Below are positions 1 to 12,600 of a DNA stretch of 64,000 bases, in pieces. The position numbers were made by a program, and so were the translations under genes. Below the pieces are notes generated by a model that searched no databases, was not told where the DNA came from, and worked only from the letters and a program-made list of their open reading frames with translations. Source of the stretch: Protoeuglena noctilucae (Eukaryota); assembly GCA_958009085.1 (NCBI GenBank), contig OY253668.1, positions 62,001 through 126,000 on the forward strand, in the 5' to 3' direction. Within the stretch, counting starts at the first letter, position 1. Each line of letters opens with the position of its first letter.

Positions 1-7
1 TCCTCAG

Positions 8-628
8 ATCCCCGACTGGGTGCGCAGTTGGGTTTTGAAGGAAGAAATGCCCCAGGGACTCATGGAGCGATACCGGGCACAGAACGACTCCAAAATCACC
101 TTCTACCTCACCCCCGAGCCGAGGTGCGGGCTGCCGGAGCTGCCGCAGCCCATGCTGGTCGCGCCAAAGATCCTGCAAGTGCGCAAGGCGGCCACGTACG
201 TGCAGCAGCGGCTGGGGGAGGCGGGGCGCGTGTGCCGGGTGCGGGATCCGGCAGAGGGGGGCGTGGGAGAGGGGAGGGAGGGGGTGGTGGAGCTGCTGGC
301 GGTGGGGAGGGCGGGTGAGTGGGGGAGAGGGGCGGTGGGGGTGGGGGTGGGGGAGGTGGTAGTGAAGAGGGCAGGTTTGAGTGGGGCCTGCGATTACCAC
401 ACCCACTTCACCGCACCCTTCTCTTCCCTTTCTCTCAAGCACTCTCAATCACTATACCTCTCATTACCCCACCCCCTCCCCTCCCCCCCAGTCCCCTGGT
501 CCCTCACCCTTGTGGCTCTCAAGCACTACGTCTTCAAGGGCAGCGACGTGCAGCTGACTTTCCGGCCCCTGGGCCCGGACGGACCCGCGCCTGTGCTGAC
601 CATCGAGCCACCGGCCAAGGATGGGTAG
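8..628 (+). CDS. WDR48/Bun107-like protein, C-terminal (DUF3337-like) part; 5'-partial, exons 8-314 and 492-628
   Basis: The spliced product IPDWVRSWVL...KITFYLTP...PMLVAPKILQVRKAATYVQQRL...VELLA...VPWSLTLVALKHYVFKGSDVQLTFR resembles the WDR48 C-terminal domain. The GT-AG intron 315-491 preserves frame. Confidence 0.75.
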   Translation: MPDWVRSWVLKEEMPQGLMERYRAQNDSKITFYLTPEPRCGLPELPQPMLVAPKILQVRKAATYVQQRLGEAGRVCRVRDPAEGGVGEGREGVVELLAVGRAGEWGRGAVGVGVGEVVVKRAGLSGACDYHTHFTAPFSSLSLKHSQSLYLSLPHPLPSPPVPWSLTLVALKHYVFKGSDVQLTFRPLGPDGPAPVLTIEPPAKDG

Positions 629-1699
629 AGGTCGATGACGGGGTGCGTGCGGTGACTGGTTAAAAGATGACGGGTCACAGTGACTGGTCACGAGATGACT
701 GGTTACAATGATTGTTGACATGATGGTCGCTCGCCAACACACCACCGGCCAAGGATGGTGGGTAGAGGTCGATTGGTGGCATCCATGCAGTGACTGGTCA
801 GACCATGATGGTGTTTCGACACGTGCGCTTTTGCTCGATGTTCAAAATGTGAAGGGCCGCTCCAAATCTCGCGTCATGGGACCGCCGTTGCTGTCTTGCC
901 GCGGTGCGCTTGCGACCTACGAGACGCGGGTGCAGCCGGGGCCTCGCAAAAAAGGGTGCATGAGAGCCCCATGCATGAGGGGGCGCAAGGCGCGGTGCAA
1001 GCAACGGGGCGGGCGCGCAGGCGCAAAGCAACTGCGCACGCGGCTGCGGCGAGCGGAGCGGAGCGGAGCGGTTGGTGGGGGATCACGCAGATCGCGGCTG
1101 TCTGGGGCCTAAGGGCTCTGTGCGGGAGACGCGGGCAATGCCGCCGGGCACTGAAATGGCTCCTGGCGGGGGCTGCCCTCCCTGCCCCGGGTGGGTGGCT
1201 GAAGGAAACGGGATGCACAATGCAAGAAACTGACAGAAGGCTAAACGAGCAGGGAACGGATGGTAGAGAGACGGGATAAGCCCGGTGGGCGGGGGGGGTG
1301 GGGGGGTTGGGGGAAGTGGCAGGGTGCACTGCACGAGGGACGCAGTGTGAGATGCCATGTCTTGGCTGTCAGTGGCTGGGTCGGTTGTGGCTGTCAGTGG
1401 TGGCTGTCGATGAGCGGAGTGGTGAGGCGCTGCGTGTCGATGCCTCGAGAGATGGGGCGCCGCCTGTCCGTGCCTGTCGATGCTTGGTTGGTGGTGGCTG
1501 TCGGTGGGTGGAGTGGCGAGGCGCCACTGGCCTCGGGAGAGGTATGAGAAGGGGTGTCTGCGGGATGCGGGGAGCGTGGGGTGAGAGGAACTGGATAAGT
1601 GAGACTGGATATGTGAGAGACCTGGTTGGGCAATAGCCATATGCCGCGCTCCGCTCACCGCCACGTTCGCTCGGCCGCTGCCACGAGCCAGCTTGGCCG

Positions 1700-3015
1700 T
1701 CAGCCGATGAGGGTGCCGTTGACGGCGGCGGAGGCGCCGAGTCGACTCACGACGTCGTTGCATCCGCACCCGCGGATGCTCCCCCCCTGCACCGTCACGC
1801 GGCTGCCCTCCCCGTGCGCAAACACACCCGCCAGCCGGCAGTCGGCCACCTCCACGTCGCTCAGCTGCAGCACGGCGCCCTCCTGGCACGCCACGCCGTG
1901 CGACTCCTTCGCGCCCGTCACGGTACCGCCCCGGAAGTCGACCGTCGACCCCCGCCCGTGCACCAGCAGCCCCGTGACCTTACAGTCCTCGATCCGCACC
2001 CCTCTGAGGTCCAGCGCCACGCCGTTCTGGCCCGCGGCGCCGTGCGAGTCGAGGGACCCCGCGACGCTGCCGCCGTCGACCAGGGCGCGCGAGCCGGCGC
2101 CCGTGACGGCCACGCCCACGCGCCGGCAGTCGGCCACCCGCACCCCCCGCAGCTCCAGGTGACCGCCGGCCTGGCACGCCGCGCCGTGGGAGGTCACGGA
2201 GCCGGTGATCGACCCGCCCTGCATCGTCACGCGCGCCCCCTCCCCCGCCGCCACCACCCCCGCCACCTCGCAACGCGCCACGTCGGTGTCCCACAGCGTC
2301 ATCTGCGCGCGGTCCGAGCACACCGCGCCGCAGTGCTCCTGCGCGTCGCGGATCGCGCACTCCCGCAGCTCCAGACGCGTTCCCGCGTCCAGCGACGCCA
2401 CCCCGCCCCCCACCACCGTGACCCCCGACAGCTTGACCTTGGCGCCCCCCCGCGCCACCAGCGCGAACGCCGGGCCCGCGCACCGCAGCGTCCCGTTCAC
2501 GATCTCCACGGGCGTCTTCGCCACCAGCGCCGCCGTCCGCTCCTTCGGCGGGACGGGCTTGACCGTGGTCACAAAGCGATCCAGCACCACCTCGCCCCCG
2601 TCGAGCGCGATCGTCCCGCCGCGCGCCAGGGCGCGGATGAGGTCGTCCTGACTCAACGCAGGCTTGATCGTAGCGTCGGGCGCCGCGTGGTCAACGGCCT
2701 TGCCGTTCTCCTGCGCGCGGGGGCCACGGGAGACCTCGGGACCCTCCCCGGGATCCCCACCAGCCCCGCCGCTGGGCCGCACAATCCGGGAGCGGGCGCG
2801 CCAGACAGACGGCGAAGATAAGATGTTGGCGGCGGCGACGGCGATCGGGCAAAGGGGGCCCCCGCGCGGGCGCAGGCGAGAGCACACTCGGGTGGTTTGA
2901 GACCCCCGCCCAGCGCGCTATGCAGCGCGCTCGCGCTCACCATCGCCACACCGATGTGGACCTTGACTCTGCCCGAGCTCTCAACCGAAATTACAGCCGT
3001 GGACGTCGACGGCAT
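1700..3015 (-). CDS. Right-handed parallel beta-helix (pectin lyase-like fold) repeat protein, paralog 1; exons 3015-2941 and 2710-1700
   Basis: About 48-aa repeats of the form GGxIxGSxxSHGxACQxGxxLxLxxVxVADCxxxGVxxxGxGSRVxV. The GTGAGC donor at 2940 and CAG acceptor at 2711 are in phase. Confidence 0.8.
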
Positions 3016-3707
3016 CGCGGGAAGATGCCTGTGGTGGAGAAAACCGACAATTTTGCTGATCCCGCGATAACTGCGGGTTCCCCGCGGCTTAATTGATGTT
3101 TGGACAGGCTTGAAGTGGAGGCGTCGCGCCGCCGGGAACTCGGGATAGGGCGCATCGGCGAGCACAAGTGCGGGTTTTTTTCGTCGACTTCTTCAGCGCC
3201 CTAACCATCGGTCCAGGGTCGCGAGGCACACGATGCATGCTCTCATTCGCAGACAATCGCAATGCGGCTGAATTGCGTGGAGGGCAAGCGCCTGCTCGGC
3301 TCGGCTCGCGCTGGTCCGACCCTCCCAGGCCCCTCACCCGATACCCCGGTCGTATCTGCGCTGCTTGCGTCCCAGAAAGGACAGCGCCGGCTTCCCCTCG
3401 CTCTCTCGAGCCGGAAAATCCGGAATTCCTTTCGCAGGACCGTCGTTTAAGGAATAAGTGGCTGTATCTGCGACCTCAAGATGGCGAGGCTCACTGGATG
3501 ACTGTCGCTGACCGCTCTTTTGCCTCGTTGCTCGCCGTTTCTGACATGCCCGCCATCGGCGCTCACCACAGCGGACGGGAGCAACACGTCACGAGAGCTG
3601 CTGCGGTCGCGAGTATGGCCGCGCGTGGTCTTCCGGGTCGCCGTGAACCGTGAGCACCGGAACCTGCAGCACGCCCCGCCGGCGGCTTGTCCGGTTCAGG
3701 CGGAGGG

Positions 3708-5479
3708 ATGTCCGATGCCAAGGCTGCGTTGCCCGCCTTCTTGACGTGGCTCTCCGCGCAAGGCGCCAGCGTGGAGGGTTGTTGTAGCATCGTCCCGGCC
3801 GAGAGCGGGCTCGGCGTGGTTGCGACGCGAGACATTCAGCCGGACGAGCTCCTCGCGCGACTCCCAAAGCACTGCCTGCTCAGGTGAGGCTCTAAGTGTG
3901 CGCTGACTACCCGTGCCAGGCCTTAAACGCAGCTGCGCTCTTTTCTTATGGCCGCCGCGCTGTGCGCTGCTGATGCAACTCCGCCTCTGCGCCGCGCAGC
4001 GTGCGGACGACTTCCGTGGCTCGTGTGCTGGCGGACCTCGGACTGGATGAGGTCGAGGGCGTCGGGCTGACGGGCGAGAGGGCCTGGGGAGCTGCCTGGC
4101 TTGCGCAAATGCGTGACCCTTGCAGCACAGCGACCGCTGGGCTCCGCACCGCGCCCCCGCAGTGGCGGTGATGATGGAAAGAGCGCGAGGGGACGTGTCG
4201 CCGTGGCGCGCATACTTCGCCACCCTCCCAGAGGTGCGGCGTGGTCGTGGACGGGTACGGGGGAGCTGATGCGGTGGCTCGCCCAATGCTGCCCCAAGCT
4301 ACAAAGCACAACGGGCCTTTCTTCCTATCGTCTCTCACCGCACTGCACTGCAATTTGTAATCGCAGCGGGAGTACCTGCCGATGTTTTGGACGGAGGAGG
4401 AGCGGGGCCGCTTGCGAGGGACGGAGGCGGCGGGGGCGGGGGAGTGGTGAGGCGCATGCATGGTGGGGGGGGGGGGGGGGGGGGTGGGGGGGGACCGACG
4501 CGATTACTACTGAGTGGCGTGTATGTTGGGTAGCACTCATTACCACCCCCTCACCCTCCACTCCCTCACCCTCCACTCCTCCACTTACCGTCTCCTCACC
4601 ACCACCCCACCCACCCCCACCGCGCCCCACCACCCCCACGGGGTGGTAAGAGTGTTGGGGTGGTTAGGGTTTTCCACTCCCTCACCCACCATCACCCACC
4701 ACTCCCTCAACACCCACCCCGCCCTCAGGGATGCGGCGGTGACCGAAGACCACTACACGACCCTGGTCGAGCCCAATCTCCCTCGCCTATGCCGCGCGGC
4801 TGGCCTGCCCCCTCCCTCCACTACTCCCAAATCAAAAGGCAACACCGCACACAAAGGCGACGGTTCTGGCAAGAAAAAGCGCCGACAAGCGCTCAACTAC
4901 CAAATCACCAAACGACGACGAATTAGCTACCAAGAAAGACGTTGACCATCTCTCTTCGTCTCTCCTATCTCTTGACGCTTATCGCCACGCTGCTTCTCTG
5001 GTTNNNNNNNNNNNNNNNNNNNNNNNNNNNNNNNNNNNNNNNNNNNNNNNNNNNNNNNNNNNNNNNNNNNNNNNNNNNNNNNNNNNNNNNNNNNNNNNNN
5101 NNNNNNNNNNNNNNNNNNNNNNNNNNNNNNNNNNNNNNNNNNNNNNNNNNNNNNNNNNNNNNNNNNNNNNNNNNNNNNNNNNNNNNNNNNNNNNNNNNNN
5201 NNNAGGGGGGGGGGGGGGGGGGGGGTGGGGTGTTGTGATGGAATGGGGTGGGGTGGTGATAAGGGTAAAGGTAGCGGTGCTGAGGTGAGGGGGGGGGATG
5301 GGTGTGAGGGAATGGGCGTGGTGTGGGTGCGATGGGGTGTGCTAGTATACATCAGACTCTCCCATTCATTAACTGTGTGCCTCATCCACTCAGTCTCACT
5401 CCGCCCATTGCCACCCAGAGTGACGGAGCGAGAGGCGCTGGCCAGGGTCTTTGCAGTCTGCGACCACGCTCTGCCGTAG
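3708..5479 (+). CDS. SET-domain protein lysine methyltransferase (SETD6/Rubisco LSMT-like), interrupted by an assembly gap
   Basis: Motifs FLTWL, GLGVVATRDIQPDELLARLPKHCLLS, LTVAVMMERARGDVSPWRAYFATLP and EYLPMFWTEEE are typical of this family. A probable last exon at 5418-5479 (RVTEREAL...) follows the gap. One GC-AG intron at 4074-4162. Confidence 0.8.
5004..5203. other. Assembly gap (200 N)
   Basis: Run of N; both gaps are exactly 200 N, so this is probably a placeholder length. Confidence 1.
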
Positions 5480-5721
5480 TCAGTGCACATAACCAAAACT
5501 GGGCCATTGTCACAGCTTGTAGAGGAAAAAGGGGCTGTCCCGCCACAGTATATCGCATGTAACACCAGTTACAGTGACGGTGCACATATTAGGGAACACA
5601 AGACCCTGCCAGGCCTGGCCAGGGTGTTTGCACATGTGCATAGCATAGTATTACTTGAAAGTAACAATTTACTTTTAAAGGCATGCTTAGGTGAAACACA
5701 AAGACCGGCACCCGTCCCCCC

Positions 5722-7984
5722 TCACCCCTCGCCCAGCCTCCCACCCCCCACCCACCCGCCCCGCTCCCACCGCCCCCTTTCCCCACCTCTCCCCGCCCCC
5801 ACCACCCCTCTCCCCCTCCCTCCCCCTCCCCCCCCCGCCCCTGCCCCGCCCCCACCACCGCCCCCTGCCCCCTTTGCCCATGCACCTGCCCCACACTCCC
5901 CGCATGCCCCACCCCCGCACCCCCATTCGCCCTCCCATGCCCCCTGCCCCCGCCTCCGGTCTGCGATGAGCCTCTCCAGCAACGCAGCCGGCGTCTGCGG
6001 GGCTCCCTTGCGCCGGAAGAGCGTTTGAAACGCAAACACGCGGCCGTCCACCACCACCGTCGCATCGCTGGGGTGGGGGGGGGAGGGGGGTGAGGTGAGT
6101 GGGGAGTGTGCGATGGGTGGGGCAGAAGTGGTGGGGTGGGTGGGGGTGGGGAGGGTGCGATGGGAGCAGCATCAATGACACATAATAATCAATGCATCTA
6201 ACTGTCACTTGTCAATCCACCCCAGCCATCTCACCACAGGATGTCGTTGGGGGTGAGGAGCGTGAAGACGTCGCGGGAGCCGCCCTCGTGGGGGGGACCC
6301 CACCTGGTGACGATCTGCAGAGATGGCGGGTGTGAAAACATTACAGTACTGAGAATTGGGATAATGAAATACATTGACAGACGATCCCAATGGAATGGTA
6401 TATGACGGAGCAGGTATCGCAACATCACAACCATCCACTCGCCTGCACGGCGTCCCCCATCACCGCCAAACTGCCCTCCATGTCCCCCCTCCAGTCGCGC
6501 CGCCTCTGCCCCGCCCACGCCCCGGACAGAGGATACCGCTCTCGACTGCGATAGAAAGGCAACGCGCTGAACACGGACAGCTCCACGTATGCGGAAGACG
6601 ACACGGGGTGGTTGTTATTGTTACTGCCATTGTTATTGCCACGGTCGCTTGTCTCGTGGATGTCCACGTCCATGCCTCGCACCAGGGTGAGGGCAGAGCG
6701 CATGAGCCAATTGAGCCTGGGGGGGGTGGGGGTGGGGTTACTGAGTGGAGTGACTGTGACTGGGGTGCTGGCCGCTGTATCCACACACTGATGACAGCAA
6801 TGCCGACTGCCCATCTCCATCCACGATCCCCCTTAGTATAGCACATAGTGCATTGGATAACACACCTCCCCTTCATGTACATCCCCCCACTCACTGCATG
6901 GCGTCGGCGACCTTATCATTAAGGCTCGACAGCCCCACGTCCCGCAGCCACGTCCCGCACAGCGCCCGCCTTCCCTCCGCGCTCCCGGGGGGGTGCAGCA
7001 CGCGCAACGACGCCACCCTCCGCTGCGCCCACCCCTCGCGCCCCCCCCCGCCCCCGCCCCCCGCCGCCCGCGCCCCCGCCAGCGACGCCAGCACCGCCAG
7101 ACTCACGGCCAGCACGGTAGCCGATAAGACGCCGGCCAGGGCCGCGGCGCCGGGGGAGAGGGAGTCGAAAAAGACTTCGAGAGCGGACCAAAAGTCATAC
7201 ACAGCACGGCCGACAGGGGCGGCAATGGCGGCGGCGGGGACGGCGAGGTGTGCGCGGCCCCACCGCAGCGCGGGGGCGAGGGCGGCGGCGGCGGAGGGTC
7301 CCCGCACCAGCGCCCAGGCCTGCCCCAGAGCCGGGCCAGTGAGGGTGCGCACGCGTGTGGTTGCAGATGCTAACCACGCTAATGCCTGCGAGGCGGCGTC
7401 GTGGAGGGCGCGGGGGCGCGGGGCGGCCCAGAAGGCGGCCCACGCGCCCTGGATGCTCGCCCTGGGGGTGGGGAGGGGGTTTACATGAGTATGGGTGCAT
7501 ATCGGCAAGTGGGAGATGCGGTGGGTGGGCCAGGGACCGCGCGGGGGCTAAAACGAGGTGGAAAGCGAGAGAAAACAAGGCGCATGTTTGTATCTGCTCC
7601 ATGCTATGACCCAGGGCCAGCGGCGGACCCCGCGCTCGCGCAAACAGGCGTGCTTGTGCCGGTCGCTCACCAGTGCACGTCCAGCGTGTGCTTGGCGGCC
7701 GCGGCGAAGAGCGCGAGCGTCACCAACGCGTAGAAGAGCGCCACGAGGCCATCGGCCGTACGGTTGCGCGCGGAGCGGGCGCGCTCCGCAGCTGCAAAGC
7801 GGGCGTCGCGGCGCGGTTGAGCCTTGGAACGCACGCGGCGTCCCCCGCCGACCGATACCGATACTTCGCTGACAGCTGCGAGGCTGGGCGAGTAGCCGGC
7901 GGCCGCGTGGCTCGGATCGAGCGCGGCGCGGGAGCCCTGCATGCACGGTCGCCCGGGCTGGCCATCCAGACGGGGCCGCGACAC
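5722..7984 (-). CDS. Hypothetical membrane protein with C-terminal lipocalin/FABP-like beta-barrel domain (start uncertain)
   Basis: Hydrophobic segments GLVALFYALVTLALFAAAA and LAGVLSATVLAVSLAVLASLA. Spliced exons give LCGTWLRD...LNWLMRSALTLVRG...RERYPLSG...RRRDWRG..., IVTRWGPPHEGGSRDVFTL, CDATVVVDGRVFAFQTLFRR. The GxW start and beta-strand pattern suggest a calycin-like fold (inference). Confidence 0.55.
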
Positions 7985-9605
7985 GGCGCGCAGGCCACCG
8001 CGAGAAAGCTTTCTGCTTCAAGAACTCACCGCGAGACTTCCGTCCCACAAAGACGAAGCCCCGTCGTCCTCCCTGCGATCCACGCGTACGGGAACGAACG
8101 GTGAGCCGTGCGGGCCCTCTGAAGGCTCTCGCACGGGTCACGGCAAAGCCACGCATCGCGGTTTTCGTAACAATCAAATCGCGAAGGCGCTGCCCAGCAT
8201 CGGGCCAGCGCTGGGGCGTGGCAATACTGCAGGAGCTGCCCATGAGCGCATCTGCCATCCCGCACCTGTCCGCCCCCCGTGGCTGTCGCTGCCTCACGCG
8301 TCTCCTACGTAGGGCCCCAACCAGCGCACCCGCGGCCAGGAAGCTGGCCAACGCCAGGCGGTTGGCCATGGCCTGCGCTCACGACAGCGCACGTGCCCGT
8401 GCCGCGGCTGGCAGAACGCTTAAGGCACCGCGCTGGGCGCACCGGCCTTTCTCCAGCCTGTCCCGTCCCGGTATCAGCTCGGCATCGCTAAATCGAGACA
8501 ACACCGGAGCTAGGTTCGATGGAATTCACTCGTGATGGACAGATCGACGATGTGGCAAAGGCGCAGCAGTGCAATTTGTACAAGTGGCATTCACGCGACC
8601 CTCGCGCTGGGAAATTAGCGACCCTGGAACCGGGTCAGTCTGCCAGTTGGCCGATTCCACCTGCAAGGCGCTTAAGCACCGAATGCACAGTGTCATCGCA
8701 ACACTAGCCAGGGATCAAGCATTCGCCGGCCCACGACGCGCAGAGAGCTGGCTTGCGCTTGAGGGCGCCTGCGGACCTGCCACGGGCACGAAAGATGGCG
8801 GGGCACAGCTCGAGGGATCCATGAGCGACTTCAGTCGCGGGCGCGGCCGGGGGACGTCCGCCCCGGCCCGGAGGAGCCTCGTTTGGGTCAACTCGGCGAA
8901 CCAGGTGCAGCGTGGCCTGGAGCGTGACGATGCCCCGCCCATTCATTGCTCACCTGCGTCTTTATCGCGTCTTCTGACGTTTCCGATGCCCGCTTGTGCG
9001 AGGGAACCAACTGGGATGCAGGCCCCAGTCGCCCGGGCGTCCTGCCCGTCGCGCCGGGGCATCTCGCGCCGCCCATCCTCTCTTCGCCTCGCCCCTGCAC
9101 TGGATTTGTGAACCTTCTTGCCAAGCCACTTTCCACGCCCGCAGAACGCGACGGCCAGGGCGGCGGACGTGCCGGCACGGAGGGGCGGCTTGGCTCCCGC
9201 TGGGCGCGGGCGGCAGGCGCGGGTGAGTTCTTTATGGCTCGCTTCTCGGTTCTTTATTTAGCAAAGAACGATCTGCTGAATGTCACAGGTGCCGCGGGGC
9301 CGCGCGCCGCTCGCGCGCGCCCAAGGCAGTCCGCCCTGGCTCCTCCCAGGGTCGCGGCCGTGGGGGCGGGTCTCTGGTATGGTCTCGCAACGCTCCGCAT
9401 TACTCAAGCGACTCTGCGCGCGGCGGTGACAACGATGTCGGCCAGATCGCCATCTTCGAGGACCTGGGCGCCGGCCCTGTGCCCCTCCGCGACGTGGCGT
9501 CGGAGGCGAGGATCCGCGCACACTACGCCGCTGCGGATGAACATTTGTTTTCCTGCATATATATATAACCTCGTCGTTGCCGCGTGTCGCCCGCAGGTGG
9601 CTCAG

Positions 9606-12600
9606 ATGGCGCTGGAGTTGACGTTCTCGAGCAGCGACGACGAGACCCCGCCCGCGGGCAAGCCCGGCCAGCGCAGCCGCGCCGCCGCGGCTGCGGGAGG
9701 AGCGGTAGAATCCCTGCGCGCGGGCGCGGGCCCGGAGCGGGACCCGGCGCCTGCAGCGGCGACGCGCGATGCGGGGAGCGAGACGCGGGCGTCCGGGGCC
9801 GACGGCGGCAGCGGCGCGGAGTTATCGACGGCGGAGGGAGCGGCGCGAGATGTCAGTAAAACCGCGCCGCGGTCGGCGTCGGCGCGGGAGGGCGCGGGGA
9901 GAGCGGTGGGCGCGGCGGGCGGGAAAAGCGACGGTGGGGACGTCGATGCTCCGGCGGACGATCCCAAGAGCCAAGTGAGGAGGAGGATGGGGAGCGTGAT
10001 TGTGATAAATCGGCCAAGGCTGTTATTGCTCGCAGCCAGGCGACCCCACGCATGCTTTTGCTAACTGCCCCTCCCTTCCACTCCCATTCCACTCGCTCCC
10101 TCACTCGCACTCCCCCCTCCCCATCCCCAGGCGGCCCCCGCACCCCCCGCCCGCCGCGCCCCCGCCCCCCAGGGCCCCGCGTCGATCCGCGCGAACCCCC
10201 GCGTGGGCCAGGCATTGGCGGAGAGCGCGAGGGAGGCAGCGAAAAGGTCGGAGGAGGGGCGTGAGAGGCGGGCACGGGAGCAGCGGGAGGCGGCGGAGAG
10301 GGCGGAGGCACACGAGGTGAGAAGGGGAGTGAATGGGGGTGTGACAGTGAAAGTGACTGAGCATGGTTAACAGTGAGGGTGGCAGTGGGGGTGGTGACGA
10401 GGGTGGCAGTGGGGGTGATGGTGAGGGCGAGGGTGGCGGCGGCAGTGAGGGTGGGAGTTGCCAAGAGAGACCGCCATCCTTTACTCTCACTAGCAGAAGG
10501 AACTCCGCGACGCAAGGCGGACCCGGCGCCACAGCAAGGGCGCGGGAGACAAGGCAGACAGGCCGAGCACCGCCGTTGCTGCTCATGGGACGGGGGTGGG
10601 GAAGGAGAGTGGGACCCTGGCGAACCCCGCTGCTAGCACCGCCGCTCCCTGGTCGCTGTTAGGCACCCTGGTGCGGGACATCGAGGGGCTGGCGAGGATG
10701 CAGGGGCGGTCCCGATCCCAATCACGAACACGATCGCGATCGCACTCACGGTCACTCTCACGGTCATCCTCGCCCCCCCCCGGGGGTGGCAGTGACGTGG
10801 AGTCGGGGGAGATCGTTTCTAAGGATAAGGATCGATCCGCGGGGCCCGCGTCGTCGGGGGACGAGGTGGAGATGTTTCTGGCGCGGGTGGGGGCGCGGGC
10901 GGCGATGGCGGCGGCAGGTGGCAAGGCGGGGGACAGGAGAGGGAATGCCAGCGGGAGCGGCGGCGGGGCGTCATCTGCCGCGGGGGGGCAGCAGCCGCGT
11001 GGGAGGGACCGGGAGGTGCGAGAGCAGAGTGGTAGAGAGCAGAGCGCGAGAGAGCGGGATTCGCACACACCAAGGGGCAGGGACGGCGAGTTACGAGAGC
11101 AAAGGGTGAGGGAGCGGCGAGAGAGGGACGCGGAAGAGGCCTCGGAGCTGCGATCGCGGATGGCGGGCGGGGCGGGGTGGGCGCCGTCGCCGTCGCCACT
11201 CAAGCCGCCCGGGCGAGGGGCGGCGGGGGTGGCATTGGGGGCAGGGAACTCATTAAGTCATCTCGCGGGGTCGCCGGTCGCGATGCCGGGCGCGGGGATG
11301 CGGGGGATGGAGGAGCCGGGGGCAGCGGGGGCGAGCGCGATGGCAGCGGGCGTCACCCCATCGCCCGCACCCAGCCACCCTTCTCGGGAGCCGTCGCGGC
11401 GCGTGGTGAGCGCCACGGGTCCCTTCTCTTCGGATATCGACGCGGCCGGCCGCCCGCGGGCATCCGGCGGTGTTTCGTCCGCACCCACATCCGCCCCCAC
11501 CACCGCCCCCCCCGCGCCCCTCGCACCAAGCGGGGATGACCCCCCCCTTCGCATGCACGCCCGTGCACTGTCGGCGAACGTGATGTCGGCTCCTCTGACA
11601 GATGAGAGCCCCCAAACCGAGGTGGCAGCCCTGGCGCAGTGGCTGGCTGGCGAGGACCTGCAAGCGAGGAGAGCGGCGGGGTTGTCGGTGGACGCCGGGT
11701 GGTGGACCCGGCGAGCTGAGGAGCACGGGGCGGCGGCGCCGGCCGCGTGGTCGCAGTTCCTCTCCACCATCTACCAGGCGTTTGTGACGGCCTTGGCCAG
11801 CCTGCCCAAGGCAGCTACCAACAATGCGGGGGCGGGGGCGGGGGCAGCAGCGGGGTCGTCATCGCCGGCGGGGGGCCGGGGGCGCGTCGCGCGGCGAGTG
11901 ATTATCGACGACGGAACGACAACGGCGGCGGCGGGGGCAGCAGCGGGGGCTGGGGAGGCGGCAACCGCCCCCACTACTACCTCCACCACCCCCGCCACCC
12001 CCGCCCCCACCCCCGCCGCCGTTTCAAACACCAACGGCGGCCCTTCGCTGCGGTCGTGGGCAGACGTGGTCGCTGCTCTGCGCGACCGGACAGTGGAGGT
12101 GGAGGCGCCTGTTTTGAGGCGTTGCCGGGACGTGCTGTTTGCTTTGCTCTCGCAGTCGCTTCCGCCCGCGCTGCGGAGGGCGGGGGCGCGCGGGGACGCG
12201 CAGCTGCGGGAGCGCTACCCCCTTGGGGCGATGCGGGTGGACGTGCCTGGGGCGGTCGTTGCTGATCTTGAGAAAGGGGGCGTCAAGGCGGTGAAGGTGG
12301 CGCAGTGGCTGCGGGAGACGTGCGGGAGCGCGGCGGGGGCGGCCGTGGCCGTCACGGCGGAGCGCAGCGAGGGGACGGTGCGGCTGGTGGCGAAAGCGGG
12401 CAGTGTGGGGGCGACCAGCGCTGCTGTGAGCGCGGGGGCGGTGGTGGTGGCGGTGGAGGTGCGGGCGGTGGTTGCAGGAGACCCTCGGTTGGCCACGCTG
12501 CTTCACGCGTCTTTGGAGGAGTGGGCGGCGGCGGGGGCTGCGACGGGGGAGCATGCGGGGGCGGGGGTGGTGGCGTCGACGGCGACCGGCAAGCGCCCCC

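Noticed and set aside
4662..4672. Telomere-like TTAGGG
   Set aside because: A single isolated unit, not an array.
4820..5003. Premature stop suggesting a SET pseudogene
   Set aside because: It lies next to an assembly gap, the edge sequence looks unreliable, and a plausible last exon follows the gap.
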